Shown one piece after another: positions 61,656 to 64,000 of a stretch of 64,000 nucleotides of DNA. Numbering within the stretch: position 1 is the first letter of the stretch; the number at the start of each line of letters is the position of its first letter. A program made the position numbers and the translations under genes. The notes below the pieces were generated by a model, which saw only the letters and a list, made by a program, of their open reading frames with translations, did no database searches and was not told where the DNA came from. The stretch is from Thermoanaerobaculia bacterium (GTDB lineage: Bacteria; Acidobacteriota; Thermoanaerobaculia; Multivoradales; UBA5704), in assembly GCA_038248205.1 (NCBI GenBank), contig JBBRUC010000002.1, positions 1,571-65,570 on the forward strand, given 5' to 3'.

Positions 61656-63155
61656 ATGTTCGTCTCGACCCTTCGATCCTCGCCATCGCCCGCGGCGCCC
61701 GCCGCGGGGCGGTTGCGTTCGGAAAGGCTCGAGGCCAACGGACGCGGGCCGGACCTTCCATCCGCCGCCCGTCTCGGCCACCGGTTCGAGGCGTTGGCGG
61801 CGCCGGGGAGCGCTCCGAGCCCGCGGCCGCTGCGACTATTGCCGCCCCAGCCGACGGTTCTCGGGAGGACGGGAATCACCGACCTCGCCGCGCCTGCCGC
61901 GACGCTGGCGGCCCATTCCCCGATCCAGCGGATGCTCTCGACCGACGGGCTCGATACCCTGCCGGAGGGCCTCCACCGAAGTCTCGCGCCCAAAGTTCGG
62001 GCGTTCAATCGTCATTTGGCCGGGCCGCCGCCGAAAGGGAACAAAAGGGCGCATCGCGACGAACAGTTTCGCCGGCTCCACGAGATCGACCGGCTGGTCA
62101 ACTCGCACCTCAAGGCCAACCCGAACACCGGCAAGAGAAGCCGCCAAGCGCTGTTCTCGCTGCTCCGCGAGACGGAAGACCATCACGTCGAAGCGACCCG
62201 CCGGGCGGTCGATGCCGGGGACAAGCTCTGGCTGCCCTCCGATGTGGGCAAGGGCGACCGAAGGCACGCGGAGAAGCTCTGGAATTCAATCCTCAAGGGA
62301 CAAGGCAACATCAGCATCACGGGAAATCGAGCGTTCAAGGCCGAAACCCACTCAGGGATCGCCAAGCTCCTCCAAGGCGCTCACGGCCGCGGGCTGCTCG
62401 GCGAGCTGAATCGGCGCCAGGTTGGCCCGGATCGAGGGATCGAAATCCGCCGCGGCGACGAGTCGGTGGCCGATCCGCGCGACCAGAACAGCTACGAGAC
62501 CCTCAACACCGGCGCTCCCAATGTCGGAACCGGCTCGACCGTACACATCGCGGAGCGCGAGGCTCCCCCCACCTCGCTCGACGAGCACCAGTCGGGGGTT
62601 CACGGCGAGGCGATTTTCGATCCTCGCTTCATTACCCTGGGGCATGAGCTGGGCCATGCGCGCCACATTCTGGGCGGGACGGTCCCCTCCGAGTGGGAGG
62701 ACTACCCGCCGGTCCAGGATCCGATCGAGCAGGGACCGTGGAGCAAGCCCGAAGAGCACCGCAACATCACGGGCGAGGAAAATCCGCTGCGCGCCGAACA
62801 TGGCCTGCCGGCCCGGAACTACCATGCGACGATCGGCTCCGGGCGGAGCACCCGCAATCGCGTAGAACTCCAGGGCCGGTTGGAGCGGCTGATCGACTCG
62901 GTTCCCAAGGAACACAAGGGCGCTTTCAATGGGCCTTTAGGCGGCTTGTACGGTGAGCTGCATCACTCCGACCTTTCCAATCGCCAGGTGGCTACGCGGC
63001 TGCGCGGCCGGGTCGATGAAGCCGAACGGAATCTGCCGGGCCAGCTGCGTTGGCAGCAGGCCAAGTCCTACGGCAAAAAGGCGCTTCCCTATCTTGGCGC
63101 GGGCCTGGTGGGGTTGGGCGGGATCGTGGCGGCGAAGAAGTACGGCTATTTCTAG
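61656..63155 (+). CDS. HExxH zinc-metallopeptidase-like effector/toxin-domain protein with a C-terminal TM anchor
   Basis: ITLGHELGHARH (62643-62657 encodes HELGH), followed by KPEEHRNITGEENPLRAEHGLPARNY, a pattern I recall from effector/toxin metallopeptidase families. C-terminal ALPYLGAGLVGLGGIVAAKKYGYF. The true start within the Pro/Ala-rich N-terminus is uncertain. Confidence 0.6.
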   Translation: MFVSTLRSSPSPAAPAAGRLRSERLEANGRGPDLPSAARLGHRFEALAAPGSAPSPRPLRLLPPQPTVLGRTGITDLAAPAATLAAHSPIQRMLSTDGLDTLPEGLHRSLAPKVRAFNRHLAGPPPKGNKRAHRDEQFRRLHEIDRLVNSHLKANPNTGKRSRQALFSLLRETEDHHVEATRRAVDAGDKLWLPSDVGKGDRRHAEKLWNSILKGQGNISITGNRAFKAETHSGIAKLLQGAHGRGLLGELNRRQVGPDRGIEIRRGDESVADPRDQNSYETLNTGAPNVGTGSTVHIAEREAPPTSLDEHQSGVHGEAIFDPRFITLGHELGHARHILGGTVPSEWEDYPPVQDPIEQGPWSKPEEHRNITGEENPLRAEHGLPARNYHATIGSGRSTRNRVELQGRLERLIDSVPKEHKGAFNGPLGGLYGELHHSDLSNRQVATRLRGRVDEAERNLPGQLRWQQAKSYGKKALPYLGAGLVGLGGIVAAKKYGYF

Positions 63156-63194
63156 CGTCTCGCCCTTCGCCGCGCGAACCCTTCGAGATCGGAA

Positions 63195-64000
63195 TCAGAA
63201 ATACGATTGCAGCTCGCCGCGGCGCCGTACGTCGAGGGTCGCGCAGTGGAAGGAACCGCCGAAGGTGTAGAAGTTCGCGAACGAGCAGAGGAGGGTCTCG
63301 AAACCCCAGTCGCGCAGCTTTTTCGCCAGCTGCGTCTCTTGCCGTTCGACCACCACCCGCCGCTCGTCGAGCACCAGCAGGTTCATGCTGATCCAACGGC
63401 TGCACATGTACAGCGGATGATCGATCACGAATTCCGGCGTCGGCGCTTCGAGCACGTCCCAGGTTTTGAACAAATCGGGGATCTTCTGGATCCGCTCCGG
63501 ATTGATCAGCAGCTTGCCCGGTGCGAGCGGCAAAAGGGATGCATCGATGTGCATCGGGTGCGGGTCGCAAGTCTCGACCTCGTGAATTCTGTACCCCTTC
63601 CCTAAGTGGCGGCGCATCCATTCGATCCCGAGGGCGTTCGTCACGTGACTCTGCTGGACGAAGAGATCCCGGCCGCAGCGAACGAAATCCGCGGCATCGA
63701 ACACCGGTTCGCTCTCGCCGATGATCGAGGAGAACGTCTCCGCCTCTCCGGCATCGGCCGGCAGAGGAAGAAAAAGGTCGTCGCGCAGCATCGGCGTCGG
63801 CGCCGAGGTCCAGCGCGCGCCGCGACGGAAATAGTCGGTGAGCAAAGGGCGGAAGGCGTGGATCTCGCAGTGGCGCGAGCGCCAGGACAGAGGCGATTCG
63901 ATGATCTCGTCGCCCACCACGATCAGGAGATCGCGCGGCATCGCGGCATACAGGCCCGTGCTCGACCAGTCGGGCGTGGCGAAGCCCCGCGTAAAGTCGA
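63195..64000 (-). CDS. Amidinotransferase (glycine/inosamine-phosphate amidinotransferase family), partial; N-terminus beyond the window end
   Basis: MPRDLLIVVGDEIIESPLSWRSRHCE...HIDASLLPLAPG...FGGSFHCATLD (catalytic Cys region). The frame stays open upstream of 63941 to base 64000. Confidence 0.8.
   Translation of the reverse strand, partial: DFTRGFATPDWSSTGLYAAMPRDLLIVVGDEIIESPLSWRSRHCEIHAFRPLLTDYFRRGARWTSAPTPMLRDDLFLPLPADAGEAETFSSIIGESEPVFDAADFVRCGRDLFVQQSHVTNALGIEWMRRHLGKGYRIHEVETCDPHPMHIDASLLPLAPGKLLINPERIQKIPDLFKTWDVLEAPTPEFVIDHPLYMCSRWISMNLLVLDERRVVVERQETQLAKKLRDWGFETLLCSFANFYTFGGSFHCATLDVRRRGELQSYF

Overview
High-GC bacterial chromosomal segment; the taxon cannot be assigned from sequence alone, but the ELWxxDGT-repeat proteins and overall style fit an Acidobacteriota-like organism. 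Many long ORFs in the track are Arg/Gly/Pro-rich antisense or out-of-frame artefacts. The real genes split into a housekeeping backbone and several accessory patches that look lower in GC by eye. Backbone: a partial xanthine-dehydrogenase-family molybdoenzyme with its 2Fe-2S subunit, a CASTOR/POLLUX-like RCK channel, a large transglutaminase-TPR protein, TrmH, a YjjX-like NTPase, SNF2 plus SWIM, metK-ahcY, an ABC1/UbiB kinase, class I HMG-CoA reductase, msrA, the hemX-hemA-hemC-hemD operon, purA, tRNA-Lys(UUU), MocR plus an AhpD-like protein, and a partial amidinotransferase. Most notable accessory items: (1) a 1480-aa single polypeptide fusing TIR, a CHAT caspase-like protease, a STAND P-loop NTPase and TPR repeats (41805-46247), 28 nt downstream of an atypical orphan HypF-like gene; (2) an ABC-type ATPase plus DUF4276-like two-gene module (51591-53347); (3) two paralogous XRE-HTH/TPR regulators flanking a secreted peptide with three near-identical Cys-bounded loops (13466-16279), with a Cys-less relative at 25030-25323; (4) a 56-bp nested-palindrome REP-like element in four copies, two of them translated in-frame inside genes; (5) two tandem arrays with strict 21-bp periodicity (6146-6360 and about 40754-41157); (6) two ELWxxDGT-repeat giant paralogs flanking an S41-like protein that appears to lack its Ser/Lys dyad; (7) toxin-antitoxin remnants, including a HigA-family fragment with an in-frame TGA. 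No CRISPR array, rRNA, transposase or integrase was recognised.
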